Shown here in pieces: positions 8,716-19,363 of a DNA stretch of 64,000 nt. The notes under the pieces were generated by a model that saw nothing but the letters and a program-made list of their open reading frames with translations, was not told the origin of the DNA and made no database searches. Source of the stretch: a virus. A program made the position numbers and the translations under genes. The stretch spans positions 12,142-76,141 of the IMG/VR virus record IMGVR_UViG_3300046028_006182; one strand, given 5' to 3'. Position 1 is the stretch's first letter. Each line of letters begins with the position of its first letter.

Positions 8716-10623
8716 ATGCCAACAGCACCTACAGTAAATATCTCCTTAGTAGATAGCTCGTTCCAAGCTCTGCAACCCCAAAGAGGCCTAAGCTTTGTAA
8801 TGGGTATAACCAAGAGGGGCCCAGTAAATGACCCCTCTACGATAATTACCTCATGGGCTCAGTTTACTGAGATATTTGGGGGGTATATAGGTAATAGCGA
8901 CTTCCCCCTGCTATGCAAAAGAGCTTTAGACCGGGGCGCGTTACTAAGGGTAAACCGGATAGTAAACTACACGGATATTACTGACCCGGCTACTATAACA
9001 GCCGACACCGCAGTATTGGATGCCGGGACTACTTTATCTTTTAGTGCTGCTCTAGTAACAAGCAACACCGTGAATTTAACTATTGACGGTATAGCGATTA
9101 CACAGGCATTTGCTACTGATAATGACACCACCTTTACTAACCTAATAGCTACTTTGAATGGTAACACTACCCTAGCAGCTAGCTATATATTTATCCCTAT
9201 CCCTGCTACTGGCTTAGGTAGTATAGAGGGGATAGTGATAGTTAATAAAGTACCATTGACGGCAGGAGCAAATGTAACTCTACACACTGTAACAGGAGGA
9301 GCAAGCCAAGCCACTATAACAGTTGCTAGCTTAACTGACGGCTCAATATTTGCTAATAGCTTGTATAATACTCCACTCTTTCAAATCACTGTTAAGAACC
9401 CCGGGGAAGATGGTAACTACATTATCGTATCTATAAATACCGCGAGCAACGGTAGCTCTGACTACTTTAACCTAGCAGTTACCCACTTGCTAGAGCCCAA
9501 TCTTAATGAGCTATACGAAAACTTGATAGTAGACACTGTTAGTGGTACAGGAGCTCCCGCAAATGCTTCCACTTACCTTTCAGCTCTATCTACCTCTAAG
9601 CTAATAGACTATACCTACCTAGATGCTGATACCGTTACTGGGCAACCAAGGCCATTAGATTGTGCTCTATATGCCTTTGATGGTGGTGATGGCTCTGCGG
9701 TAACGGTAACTGACTATGTTGGGGACTCAGCTGCAAAAACTGGCTTCCATGCTTTTGATGCTTACTCGGATGCCTACCAAATATGTGTACCTGAGCTATC
9801 AGATGATACCCTACACGTTGGGGGTGCTGCTTATGCTGCGGCAAGAAAAGACCTTCTTTACCTAGCCCACTTAGACAACAGCTTCATCACCCGTGCTGAC
9901 TTAACCACTGAGCGGGATGCCACTAATATTGACACCCGGTATGCGATGTTCTTTGCCGGGGGCTTGAAAGTAAGTGACCCTCAAACAGGGGTTACCAAGT
10001 CAATTAGTGAAATGGGCGATGTAATCGGCTTAATTGCTTATAGTGATACCGTAACAGGGGGCGGAGAATGGATGTCCTTTGCTGGAAAGAACCGGGGTTT
10101 CATCCCTAATGCTTTAGGCGTAGTAAATAACTTTGGAGGTACCGCTCAATACGCCGACATTGATTTGCTAGCTAAAAGGCAAATCAATATGGTAGTAAAC
10201 TCGGGAGGTACTATATATCTTAACAGTAACTTCACAGCACAGCTTGCAAGCTCTCGAGCCTCTTTTGCTGATACCATGCGATTTGTATTCCGATTAAGTA
10301 AGGAGCTAGGCTCTATACTTCAAAGGTATCTGCAAGAGCCTTTAGACCTACAGCTAACTAACCAGATATACGATGACGCTAAGGTACTCCTAGATGACTA
10401 CCTATCATCCAACAAAAGAGCATTGCTACGATACCTTTGGGTGGGTGGGCAAAACTCTAAGAGCTTAGCTGACTTATTTGCTACAACCAGCAATACCCAG
10501 CCTAATTGGGAAAACGGGATATACGAGATTACCTTGCAGATTAGTAAAACCCCTGCCTTGCAAGTTATAAATTGTACTATCAAGTTAACCCCATCTACTG
10601 CAACCGTAACCGTAAACTTCTAA
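8716..10623 (+). CDS. Tail sheath protein
   Basis: GITKRGPVNDP..ITSWAQFTEIFG, KNPGEDGN, W.SFAGKNRG motifs; 635 aa. Confidence 0.92.
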   Translation: MPTAPTVNISLVDSSFQALQPQRGLSFVMGITKRGPVNDPSTIITSWAQFTEIFGGYIGNSDFPLLCKRALDRGALLRVNRIVNYTDITDPATITADTAVLDAGTTLSFSAALVTSNTVNLTIDGIAITQAFATDNDTTFTNLIATLNGNTTLAASYIFIPIPATGLGSIEGIVIVNKVPLTAGANVTLHTVTGGASQATITVASLTDGSIFANSLYNTPLFQITVKNPGEDGNYIIVSINTASNGSSDYFNLAVTHLLEPNLNELYENLIVDTVSGTGAPANASTYLSALSTSKLIDYTYLDADTVTGQPRPLDCALYAFDGGDGSAVTVTDYVGDSAAKTGFHAFDAYSDAYQICVPELSDDTLHVGGAAYAAARKDLLYLAHLDNSFITRADLTTERDATNIDTRYAMFFAGGLKVSDPQTGVTKSISEMGDVIGLIAYSDTVTGGGEWMSFAGKNRGFIPNALGVVNNFGGTAQYADIDLLAKRQINMVVNSGGTIYLNSNFTAQLASSRASFADTMRFVFRLSKELGSILQRYLQEPLDLQLTNQIYDDAKVLLDDYLSSNKRALLRYLWVGGQNSKSLADLFATTSNTQPNWENGIYEITLQISKTPALQVINCTIKLTPSTATVTVNF

Positions 10624-10642
10624 TATTATAACCTGAGCTATT

Positions 10643-11101
10643 ATGGCACAAATTCAGAACCCCAGGAAGAAATTTAACTTCCAGATATATATACCAGGCC
10701 TTAACCCATTCCTTGCCCAGAATGTAACCTTACCCGATATCGGTACCGAGGTGGATGAGCATGGTGATGCAAACTATAAAGTTAAGACCCCCGGAATGTC
10801 AGTTGTAGGTACCTGTAAAGTAGAGAAAATCTCTATCGCTACCGGCTCAGATAACTGGATTTGGGAATGGGTACGACAATGCCAAGATGCTATCACGCAG
10901 GGTTTTACTTTACTACCTAGCCAGGTAAAAAGGACTATCCGAGTTGACCAGCTATCAGTTGATGGGATCACAGTTTTGAATACCTGGGAACTTATTGATG
11001 CTTACCCAAGCAATATCAATGGAGTTCAACTTAGCCGGGTTGAGTCAGGTAATACCATGGAGGATATCGACTTTCAAGTTGACTTAGTTCAAAGGCTATA
11101 G
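10643..11101 (+). CDS. Tail tube protein (T4 gp19-like)
   Basis: NPRKKFNF, WIWEW, WELIDAYPS motifs; follows sheath. Confidence 0.9.
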   Translation: MAQIQNPRKKFNFQIYIPGLNPFLAQNVTLPDIGTEVDEHGDANYKVKTPGMSVVGTCKVEKISIATGSDNWIWEWVRQCQDAITQGFTLLPSQVKRTIRVDQLSVDGITVLNTWELIDAYPSNINGVQLSRVESGNTMEDIDFQVDLVQRL

Positions 11102-11154
11102 TAAAACTAGGTAATCTATATACTATTACTTATTGACTCCTTACCCGGGGTACT

Positions 11155-11190
11155 AAAAAGGGGGGTTATCTAGGTAGCTCCCCTTTTTTT
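11155..11190 (+). terminator. Intrinsic terminator after tube gene
   Basis: GGGGGGTTATC/GTAGCTCCCC stem plus T7 tract. Confidence 0.75.
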
Positions 11191-11213
11191 ATTTAACCTA
11201 AACCCCATTTAGC

Positions 11214-12062
11214 ATGGCTGAAAGTACCTTTATTATCCCAATGAACTTGAGTACTGTAACCGTAAGGGAACAGACTGGAGAAGACGAAGAGCTCTTAACT
11301 CGAAATGAGTATGTAAACAAAGGCGAGTCTGTTTTGAGGTTCTTACAAAGTATCATCATTTCCGGTGAGATGTTTGATAACCGTAAACCCACCCTGGACG
11401 AGCTTAAGAACACCAGGACCTCTATCCTTAATTATCTACTTTTTAGATCCCGAATATTCTCACTAGGGGCTGAACTTAAATTTGTCTGGCAATTTAAGGA
11501 TAACAGGGGTAATATGGTCCCCTATGACATGGTAGAAGACCTCACTCCCTACTACTATGAGGTGGATGCTGATGCCGTACAAAACCTAAAGTCTTTACTT
11601 GCTACTAACCCCTCCGAGTACCAATCAGCCTATAATGAGTGGGCATCTAAACTTAGGGCCGAGAAAGACATAAGAAAAGTACTTGTTCCTACGCTACTGG
11701 ACGGTAACGAGTTACCAACAGGAAAGGGTAGAGAATTAACATTGCCAAGTGGACGAAAAGTAAGATACCAGTATATAACTAGCAATACTTCCAAGTATCT
11801 ACTAGAGCAGGACGAAAAGAACATATCTCTCAACGACTTATTCTATGCCAGGGTACTAGAGATGCTATCTGATGATGGCCGTTGGCTTACAGTAAAAACC
11901 CTTAGGCCTTTTACTTCTAAGGAACTAGCCACTCTACGGGGCGATATAAATACTTATGACTCCACATGGGAACCTAAGATGACAGTACCAAACCCCCACG
12001 GAGAAGACCTTATAGTTGACGTGATGGGCTTATCCGATTTTTTCTTCCCGGCTCTGACTTAG
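11214..12062 (+). CDS. Tail assembly chaperone (G-like)
   Basis: Between tube and TMP; VREQTGEDEELL N-terminus and DFFFP C-terminus. Confidence 0.7.
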   Translation: MAESTFIIPMNLSTVTVREQTGEDEELLTRNEYVNKGESVLRFLQSIIISGEMFDNRKPTLDELKNTRTSILNYLLFRSRIFSLGAELKFVWQFKDNRGNMVPYDMVEDLTPYYYEVDADAVQNLKSLLATNPSEYQSAYNEWASKLRAEKDIRKVLVPTLLDGNELPTGKGRELTLPSGRKVRYQYITSNTSKYLLEQDEKNISLNDLFYARVLEMLSDDGRWLTVKTLRPFTSKELATLRGDINTYDSTWEPKMTVPNPHGEDLIVDVMGLSDFFFPALT

Positions 12063-12229
12063 AACTGCAGGTAATGTATATGCACAAGTCAGGGCTAAAG
12101 CTAAGTGAATTAGAGATAAGGAATATGCCATCAAAGAGAAGGCTAAGATACATTGAGCTATGTGAGGTAGCCAATGAGGCCGATGAGAAACGAGCAGCAC
12201 CCAAAACTAAAAGTATAACCGATGTATAA
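12038..12229 (+). CDS. -1 frameshift extension of tail chaperone (GT-like), not in ORF track
   Basis: T-TTT-TTC slippery heptamer at 12038-12044; -1 frame open to TAA 12227-12229, encoding ...LSELEIRNMPSKRRLRYIEL... Confidence 0.7.
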   Translation, partial: FFLPGSDLELQVMYMHKSGLKLSELEIRNMPSKRRLRYIELCEVANEADEKRAAPKTKSITDV

Positions 12230-14297
12230 TTACTCAAATCTAGGCATAGGAGTAGCCATTAGCTTGAGAGACCAGTTCTCAGCTAAAGCTAATCGTGTTA
12301 CGGCTAGCATGAATGCTATGCACAACAATGCCCAGATGGTTATGCGTAAGAACCTTGGAGCTCTCCGCTCTATCGGCATGGGCATGAGTATGGCGTCGGT
12401 GGGAGGCATCATGGCTATGAGGGGCTGGATAAGAACTGGTGCAGACTTTGGCTACTCAATGTCGGCTGTGAAAGCTGTTACTGAGTCAACAACCGCTGAG
12501 TTTAATGCGTTAAGGATGGAAGCCTTACGATTGGGTAGAACTACCAAGTTTACTGCTATTGAAGTAGCGGGAGGTATGGAGTACATGGCTAAAGCCGGCA
12601 TGAAGTATCGAGACGTTATGAACTCTATTAGCTCTGCCACCTTACTTGCAGTAGCCACTGGTACTGAGCTAGGAGGAGCGGGTGGTACTGCCGACATGGC
12701 AACTAATATCCTAACGGCTTTTAACTTAAAGTCTAGCCAGTTCGATAATGTAGCCGATATGATTACCGCAGCAGTGAACAAGTCAAACGTCGATTTAACA
12801 GATTTCCATGAGGCTATCAAGTACTCAGCCAATGACTTTTATAATGCCAATATAGACTTTGCTCGAGCAGCCGCAGTAATAGGTACCTTGGGTAACGCCG
12901 GTATTAAGGGTAGTATGGCTGGTACTGCGGCTGGTAACGTGATCCGTGAATTAACAAAAGCCGTAACTCAATTCAGAACAAACCGGCAAGGGCAGGGTTT
13001 AGCTGCTCTAGGCCTAGCCCCAGAGGATATACTTGACTCAAAGGGCAATCTTCTAGATATCCTTGACATTATGGATAAGTTTAGAGGTAAGGTAACTATT
13101 GGGGATCCCACCTCTATAGCGGCTCTAGGAGCTGTAACAGGAGTAAGGGGTAACAGAGCTATGACTGCTTTAGTTAAAGAGCTCCAAATGGGGCCTAGTT
13201 TTAGAGAGCTATACCAAGAAATACTGGCATCCAAGGGAATGACTTCTCGGGTAGCAGCTGAGATGATGGACAACCTCAAGGGTGACATGATTATAATGCA
13301 ATCAGCCTGGGACGGATTTAAAATAGCCTTCACCGATGCCGTTGAGCCTGCCCTTAGGAGTACTCTACAACTGTTAACGAAAGTAGTAGATAAGATTACC
13401 CTGTTTATAGAGACTCCTGTAGGTAAATACTTAGCCGTTGCAGCTGCCGGCCTTGTGGTAGTAGCTGGAATTGCCGGGGTTTTCCTAACAGTCCTCGGTA
13501 GCGTAGGGCTACTGATACAGGGTGCCGCTGTATCTTTTAACGCTATGAAGATGGCAGGACTCTGGGCCTACAATGCTTTGATAGCTAGGGCTGGTAAATA
13601 CCTACTAGTACTTATGGGTATTAAAGCAGCGGAAGGTATAGGCATTAATAAGTCAGGCCAGTTTTACTCTAAAACTACTGGCCGATTTACTAAAGCCCCC
13701 AAGGGTAATGTATTCAGTAAAGTACTTGGAGGTATTTGGAAGAGTTTAGTTGGCATTGCTCCTTGGCTAGGTAGATTAGCTGCGGGCTTTGCTGGTATTG
13801 CAGGAGTTGGTGCAGGTACTATTGCCGCAGTTATAGCTGGAGTTATTGGAGTAGGAGTAGCTATCTGGGCTACCTGGGACTCTCTAGTTAGGGGTTTTAA
13901 AATGCTCGGTAATGCCATTAAGGGTATCGTAGCAACCATATTTCATTCTATTGCCTATATCTGGGACCTACTAACAACCTGGTCTTTCGAAACAGCTAAC
14001 CAGAATTTTAAAGACCGTCAGGACCTAGTATGGGGAAGAATACGCCAATCAGATAATAGCATAGCAGCGGAAGGTAAGAACCAGGTTGACTGGTCTAAGG
14101 ATAGGAGCTCAACCAGTATGATGAACTTTATTGGCAGAGGCTCACCAACAATAGCTAAAGATAGCCAAAGTCTTTATGACCAAGTACATAAGATAGGTAA
14201 CCCTACCTTGCAGATTGAGATAAACCAAACTGGCCAGATGTTACAAAAACACGCTATACCGATGACGGATGATGAGGTATTAAAAATTAAAATCTAA
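12222..14297 (+). CDS. Tail tape measure protein (TP901-type core)
   Basis: LGRTTKFTAIEVA, LGNAGIKGSMAGT, MMDNLKGD motifs; Ala/Gly-rich hydrophobic C-terminal half. Confidence 0.95.
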   Translation: MYNYSNLGIGVAISLRDQFSAKANRVTASMNAMHNNAQMVMRKNLGALRSIGMGMSMASVGGIMAMRGWIRTGADFGYSMSAVKAVTESTTAEFNALRMEALRLGRTTKFTAIEVAGGMEYMAKAGMKYRDVMNSISSATLLAVATGTELGGAGGTADMATNILTAFNLKSSQFDNVADMITAAVNKSNVDLTDFHEAIKYSANDFYNANIDFARAAAVIGTLGNAGIKGSMAGTAAGNVIRELTKAVTQFRTNRQGQGLAALGLAPEDILDSKGNLLDILDIMDKFRGKVTIGDPTSIAALGAVTGVRGNRAMTALVKELQMGPSFRELYQEILASKGMTSRVAAEMMDNLKGDMIIMQSAWDGFKIAFTDAVEPALRSTLQLLTKVVDKITLFIETPVGKYLAVAAAGLVVVAGIAGVFLTVLGSVGLLIQGAAVSFNAMKMAGLWAYNALIARAGKYLLVLMGIKAAEGIGINKSGQFYSKTTGRFTKAPKGNVFSKVLGGIWKSLVGIAPWLGRLAAGFAGIAGVGAGTIAAVIAGVIGVGVAIWATWDSLVRGFKMLGNAIKGIVATIFHSIAYIWDLLTTWSFETANQNFKDRQDLVWGRIRQSDNSIAAEGKNQVDWSKDRSSTSMMNFIGRGSPTIAKDSQSLYDQVHKIGNPTLQIEINQTGQMLQKHAIPMTDDEVLKIKI

Positions 14298-14773
14298 TGG
14301 TAGGCTACACTAGCAATGTATACTTGATTAACCTCGAGACTCTGGACAAGATAGCTATCCAGTTTACCCCCACCGAGATAAGTGTAGAGAGCACATCTAA
14401 TGATGTGGCTATAGCATCTATGGGTAGAAACCATCCTCTATACCAATATACTGGGGGAGATGAGAGCATAGAGTTTGAGATTGAGTGGGTAGCAAACGAT
14501 GAGGATTTAATGGACGTACAACGAGGAGTTAGTTGGCTTAAAGCTAACTCTAAGAATGACGGCTATGCGAATAAGAAACCTCGAGTGGCATTACTTTGGG
14601 GCTCGGAGCTATTTAATGATGCCGTATGGATTATCTCTAGCTGTAGCTACACTTACAGATTACCCCAGAAAGGCCGAGACTACTTCTTTATGAAAGCGAT
14701 ACAAAGAGTAGTATTAAAAAAGGTAACAGCTGGGAACTATACACATGATGACCTTAAAAACCACCGGCTATGA
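14297..14773 (+). CDS. Tube initiator/baseplate protein
   Basis: QFTPTEIS...YQYTGG...PRVALLWG pattern after TMP. Confidence 0.65.
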   Translation: MVGYTSNVYLINLETLDKIAIQFTPTEISVESTSNDVAIASMGRNHPLYQYTGGDESIEFEIEWVANDEDLMDVQRGVSWLKANSKNDGYANKKPRVALLWGSELFNDAVWIISSCSYTYRLPQKGRDYFFMKAIQRVVLKKVTAGNYTHDDLKNHRL

Positions 14774-15084
14774 GTACTACTAAATTACAAGAGAAACTCT
14801 GGCCAGATAATCCTTACTTTAGTGGGTCTTTCATTGTCGAGTTCAGCAGCACCGAGAAAGCTCTATACCGTAGGAAGATGGCTTACACGGTATCAATTAA
14901 GGACTCATACCATACCATAGTTGAGGGTGAGCAGCTATCGGACATAGCCTACAAGTATTACCGTAATGACCGTGAGTGGCATATAATAGCTGATGCCAAT
15001 GAGATATTTAACCCCTTTGATTTAACACCCGGCCAGCAGATAATAATACCATACCTGCCTAGGGTTAAAGCTATATTCCGATGA
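14770..15084 (+). CDS. LysM-domain baseplate protein (gpX-like)
   Basis: HTIVEGEQLSDIAYKYY...WHIIADAN.I.NPFDL.PGQ.IIIP. Confidence 0.9.
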   Translation: MSTTKLQEKLWPDNPYFSGSFIVEFSSTEKALYRRKMAYTVSIKDSYHTIVEGEQLSDIAYKYYRNDREWHIIADANEIFNPFDLTPGQQIIIPYLPRVKAIFR

Positions 15085-16583
15085 GCTCAGCATTGTTCCA
15101 CGGCTTTGGTTCTCCTTGGGTGAAAGTATTTAACCGCAAGGGGGAAGAGCTTAACCAGAATATCAATAGGTTTTCCTATAAGTACTCAGAGGATGAGGAT
15201 GATGAGTTATCTATCACCTTTGAAACGGATGACGAAACTATCCTAGATAAGCCCGAGATGCAGGAGGGAGTTGAGATGATTGTTACTTGGGGGTATCTTA
15301 ATGGGTTAGACACAGGCAAGAGGAAAGTATATATCCAAAACATAGAACCTTTCTTTGGTCCTAGTGGAATAGTTATAACTATTGTATGTACAGACAAACT
15401 AGCTACTTTAAGAAATACTAGCAAGTCAAAAGTGCATCTAAGTGCTACCCTAACCTCTTTAGCAACAACGATAGCAGATGATGCGGGAATAACCTTCGGG
15501 GGTATTGGAATAGATGAGGATGGGGAATACGTAGATGCCTTCATTCACGACAATGATAAAAGCCCATCGGTATTCGAGTCAACCGGTAATTTCTCTGCTG
15601 CTGTTGATAATACCGCTGCACCCATTGACAAGATGATGAGGATATACCCCGTCCTACCGCAAGGAAATAAGTCAGATATAAGGTTACTTAATGAGGTATG
15701 CAATGATGAGCCAGGTGGCCCCTACATAGTAGAGGGCAGAGATGACAAGTTGATTATTAAAAAGCGAAACTTCAGCCAAAAGCCTTTAAGGATATACGAG
15801 TATAGCTTTGGGGATGGAGAGTTAATATCCTTTAGCCCCGAAACTAAGAACCGGGTAGGAAAGAATAGCTCAACAAACGTAGAGGTAGGTGGGTGGGACC
15901 CACTCGAGAAGAAGTATACCTCTGTAAATGTAAACCAATCTAACTCACAAGACGTGAGGCTAGGTGACCAATGCGACGGAACACCTAGGTCTTTTGAGGT
16001 AACTAGTAACGAGGAGCTAGGTAATGCTTTCCCAGTATTTACAGGTAAGGTACTTGGAGAGAATGAGCTATACCCATCAATATCTACCGCTAGCGAGGAT
16101 TTCTTTGCGGACAGCGGGTACTATGTGGCTGCTGTAGATAATACAGCGATAATACTACGGGATAATCTCCCTATTTTAGATATCTCCGAAACGATACACT
16201 CCATAGATAGTGACCCCCTAGATATTGCCGCAAAGGGTAAGAACCGCTATGAAAAAGCCCAGCTTGACAAAAACCCGGGATCAGCTACAGTTGTTGGGCA
16301 CCCTTTATTAAAGACAGGGAAGTTAATAACCATGCTAGGTAAGTTGCCAAAGAAGTACACCGGTAATTACTACATAGTGGAGTGTGTCCATGAGCTTATC
16401 CCAGACTCAGGTTACTTATGCTACCTAAAGCTAACCAGGAATGCAACAAAGAAAGCCGAAGAGAGCGTGGGTAACGGAGTAGATACTGACGATATGATTA
16501 ATAACCTTATGGGGGATGATGAGGATATAATTGATGGCAAGGGTAGTATACCAACTTTTGACCCCAATTACCCCGACGAGTAG
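15081..16583 (+). CDS. Baseplate hub (gpD-like)
   Basis: VTWGY, QGNKSD, VGHPLLKTG...YTGNYYIVECVH motifs. Confidence 0.8.
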   Translation: MSSALFHGFGSPWVKVFNRKGEELNQNINRFSYKYSEDEDDELSITFETDDETILDKPEMQEGVEMIVTWGYLNGLDTGKRKVYIQNIEPFFGPSGIVITIVCTDKLATLRNTSKSKVHLSATLTSLATTIADDAGITFGGIGIDEDGEYVDAFIHDNDKSPSVFESTGNFSAAVDNTAAPIDKMMRIYPVLPQGNKSDIRLLNEVCNDEPGGPYIVEGRDDKLIIKKRNFSQKPLRIYEYSFGDGELISFSPETKNRVGKNSSTNVEVGGWDPLEKKYTSVNVNQSNSQDVRLGDQCDGTPRSFEVTSNEELGNAFPVFTGKVLGENELYPSISTASEDFFADSGYYVAAVDNTAIILRDNLPILDISETIHSIDSDPLDIAAKGKNRYEKAQLDKNPGSATVVGHPLLKTGKLITMLGKLPKKYTGNYYIVECVHELIPDSGYLCYLKLTRNATKKAEESVGNGVDTDDMINNLMGDDEDIIDGKGSIPTFDPNYPDE

Positions 16584-16600
16584 CTTATAAATATATACCC

Positions 16601-17296
16601 ATGACGATAGGAGACCTAATAAGAGATATGCTATACCTAGGGCTAGAGCGGTTCGGACTGTACTACGCAACCTATCGAGCATTCGTAATGGACGTTGAAG
16701 ACCCCCTACACCTAGGCCGAGTAAAGTTAAAGATACCCGAGATAGCTAAAAATGCCATCATCGACTACTGGGCTTTCCCTAAATCATTTTCTGGCCCCGG
16801 CTATGGTATTCAGAATATCCCCGAGAAAGGAGATATGGTCTGGGTAACATTTGAACTAGGTTCTCCCCGTAGGCCTATTTGGGAACATGGGCATTTTGGT
16901 AAGAATGAGCCCCCAAGTATAGAAAGACTAAAGAGCTACAACAATAGGTGGCTAAGAACTAAAGCTGGCCACACCATCGAGGTAGATGACAAGGAAGAGC
17001 TCATAAGGATAACTAACCTCTCCGATTTTAACATCCTGATAAAGAAAGACAAGATATACCTACTCTCTGAGCTATCTAACGCTAATGCCCAACCTATCTT
17101 ACTCGGGGATGAAACTATAAAGCAAGTGCAGCAGCTAAGTGATAACCTTGACACCTTCTTTAATGCCGTTAATGTGGCAGTACCTACACCCAGCGACGGG
17201 GGCGCTGCAATACAAACAACATTAAAGGCCGCAATAACTACACTTACCCCAGTTGATTTCTCTAATTGTAAATCAACTACCTCAAAAACAGACTAA
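16601..17296 (+). CDS. Baseplate spike (gpV/gp5 OB-fold)
   Basis: DPLHLGRVKLKIP, WAFP, PEKGDMVWVTFELG..RPIW. Confidence 0.9.
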   Translation: MTIGDLIRDMLYLGLERFGLYYATYRAFVMDVEDPLHLGRVKLKIPEIAKNAIIDYWAFPKSFSGPGYGIQNIPEKGDMVWVTFELGSPRRPIWEHGHFGKNEPPSIERLKSYNNRWLRTKAGHTIEVDDKEELIRITNLSDFNILIKKDKIYLLSELSNANAQPILLGDETIKQVQQLSDNLDTFFNAVNVAVPTPSDGGAAIQTTLKAAITTLTPVDFSNCKSTTSKTD

Positions 17297-17300
17297 GCCC

Positions 17301-17696
17301 ATGGAATTAGCTAATCAATTTATTGGAGGTGCTCTGGTATTCCCTATTGAGTTAAACAGCTTGGGGGGAGTAACCGCTACAACAGGGGCCGAGGTTATAA
17401 AAAACTCTATACGGATAATCCTTGGTTGGCCTTCTTCTCAAAGGTTCTTCTTGGGTGCCTTCGGCTCTAAGCTGGAAATGCTATTGCAGGAGCCGAATGA
17501 TAATATAGTAAAGGGCTTATTAAAAACTGTTACGATTGAAGCTCTTAGATTATGGGAGAAAAGGGTAGAGGTAAAGGACTCTATGGTAGTGAATATTGAG
17601 GCTGACCGCATTGACATACTATTAAGCTATCGGATTAAGGCTACCCAAGAAGAAGACTCTTTCATTTGGCCTTTCTATAAAACCATTAAGCAATGA
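17301..17696 (+). CDS. Baseplate wedge gp25/gpW-like
   Basis: RFFLGAFGSKL..LLQEP...WEKRV; start moved to ATG 17301. Confidence 0.85.
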   Translation: MELANQFIGGALVFPIELNSLGGVTATTGAEVIKNSIRIILGWPSSQRFFLGAFGSKLEMLLQEPNDNIVKGLLKTVTIEALRLWEKRVEVKDSMVVNIEADRIDILLSYRIKATQEEDSFIWPFYKTIKQ

Positions 17697-19360
17697 TACA
17701 GGATTGGATTAATTACACAGACAGGTCTTACCAGCAGATTAAAGCCTCACTATTAAGTAGGTTAGTAATCTCTAACCCCGAAGTAACTGACCATAGCGAG
17801 AGTAACCTCTTGGTAGTTATTATCGGTATGTTCTCGGGAGTAGCGGAGAAGTTGCACTATTATATTGACAATGCCGCACGGGAGTCTTTTATAGGTACTG
17901 CCCGTAGGTTTGTATCAATGGTAAAACTGGTTAGGATATTAGACTACCGAATTAAAGCTCGGTACCCATCCGTTGCGGATATACAGATTAGCTTTTTTGA
18001 TAGCGGCTCTACTCCTGTAGCTCTATCATCACCCGGATTGATACCAGCTCTATCTACCGTGGAGACGCTATCAGGTGTTACATACCGGGTGTTATCTAAT
18101 ATAGTAATACCCGCTGGTTCTCTAGTCTATAGCTTTAGTGCCGAGCAAGTTGACTTGATAACCGGGCAGAATATAGGTACTACTACCGGCCTAGCTAATC
18201 AGCAAGTTACCATCGGTACTACCTATGTTGATGGTACCATGGAAATTGATATTAACGGGGACCCCTGGGTATTACAAGAAACTTTAGGGTATTCCACCCC
18301 TACCGATAAACACTTCATAGTAGAGATAGACGTAGACGGTTTAGCCAAGGTTGTATTTGGAGACGGGGTAAATGCTGAGATACCCCAGCCGGGTTATACT
18401 ATCCTAGCCTCATACCGAACCACTCTCGGAGTATTGGGAAAGACTAATGCCAATACTATAACTACTGTTGGCTCTTTCACGGGTTCATCTTTCCCAGGGG
18501 CTACATCATATACTATAAATAACCCCCTTGCCTCAGTGGGCGGCTCGGATTACCAGGGTATTGAGAGCATTCGTAACCTAGCTCCTCGGAGTATTAGGAC
18601 CTTAAGTAGGGCAGTAACTCGACAGGACTACATCGACATAGCCCTCCTAGCTCCCGGTGTTGCAAAAGCCGCTCTTGAATATTACTGCGGTAAAAATATC
18701 TATATCTACATAGCACCTAACGGAGGGGGTATTGCACAGTCTGCCCTATTGGCTACAACTCTTGCCTACTTTGATGATAAGAAAATGGTAACAACCTTCC
18801 CTAGGATAAGGCCGGCAGGAGAGTCATACCTAGTAATTGTATTAACTGTTACTAAGAAGAATAGAGCAGACGCCACTTTGACTGAGCTAGACATAAGGGG
18901 GGCAGTAGAAAACTTCTATAGCTTTGATAACTCGGACATTAACAAAGTAATTGCTCTATCTGACCTATACTCGGTAGTAGACAATCTAAGCCGGGTAGAG
19001 AGGTTGACTATCGACTTTATAGGGCTTAGACCTTATGCTCGGCCGCAAAACCATAACCATGAGCTGAACTGGGATAAGGTTACTCTACTATCATCAACCA
19101 CGGTTAATGTGTGGAAGCTAGTATATACAGGTATTGGAGTATTTAGCCTATACCGTAACCAATCATTCCTAGCAAATATACCGATTAACACAGTATATAC
19201 TGACCCACTTAATACAATTACTATCGAATTGTACACAGGAGCTTACTCTATCTCTAATGAATGGGTATTTAAAACCTACCCTGCTAATCGGGATATACTT
19301 ATTGATGACTTCACAGTACCAACACTAATAAACACAGACCTAACCCTAAACATTCAATAG
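17693..19360 (+). CDS. Baseplate wedge J/gp6-like
   Basis: YTDRSYQQIK, FGDGVN, RAVTRQDY motifs. Confidence 0.9.
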   Translation: MIQDWINYTDRSYQQIKASLLSRLVISNPEVTDHSESNLLVVIIGMFSGVAEKLHYYIDNAARESFIGTARRFVSMVKLVRILDYRIKARYPSVADIQISFFDSGSTPVALSSPGLIPALSTVETLSGVTYRVLSNIVIPAGSLVYSFSAEQVDLITGQNIGTTTGLANQQVTIGTTYVDGTMEIDINGDPWVLQETLGYSTPTDKHFIVEIDVDGLAKVVFGDGVNAEIPQPGYTILASYRTTLGVLGKTNANTITTVGSFTGSSFPGATSYTINNPLASVGGSDYQGIESIRNLAPRSIRTLSRAVTRQDYIDIALLAPGVAKAALEYYCGKNIYIYIAPNGGGIAQSALLATTLAYFDDKKMVTTFPRIRPAGESYLVIVLTVTKKNRADATLTELDIRGAVENFYSFDNSDINKVIALSDLYSVVDNLSRVERLTIDFIGLRPYARPQNHNHELNWDKVTLLSSTTVNVWKLVYTGIGVFSLYRNQSFLANIPINTVYTDPLNTITIELYTGAYSISNEWVFKTYPANRDILIDDFTVPTLINTDLTLNIQ

Positions 19361-19363
19361 GCT

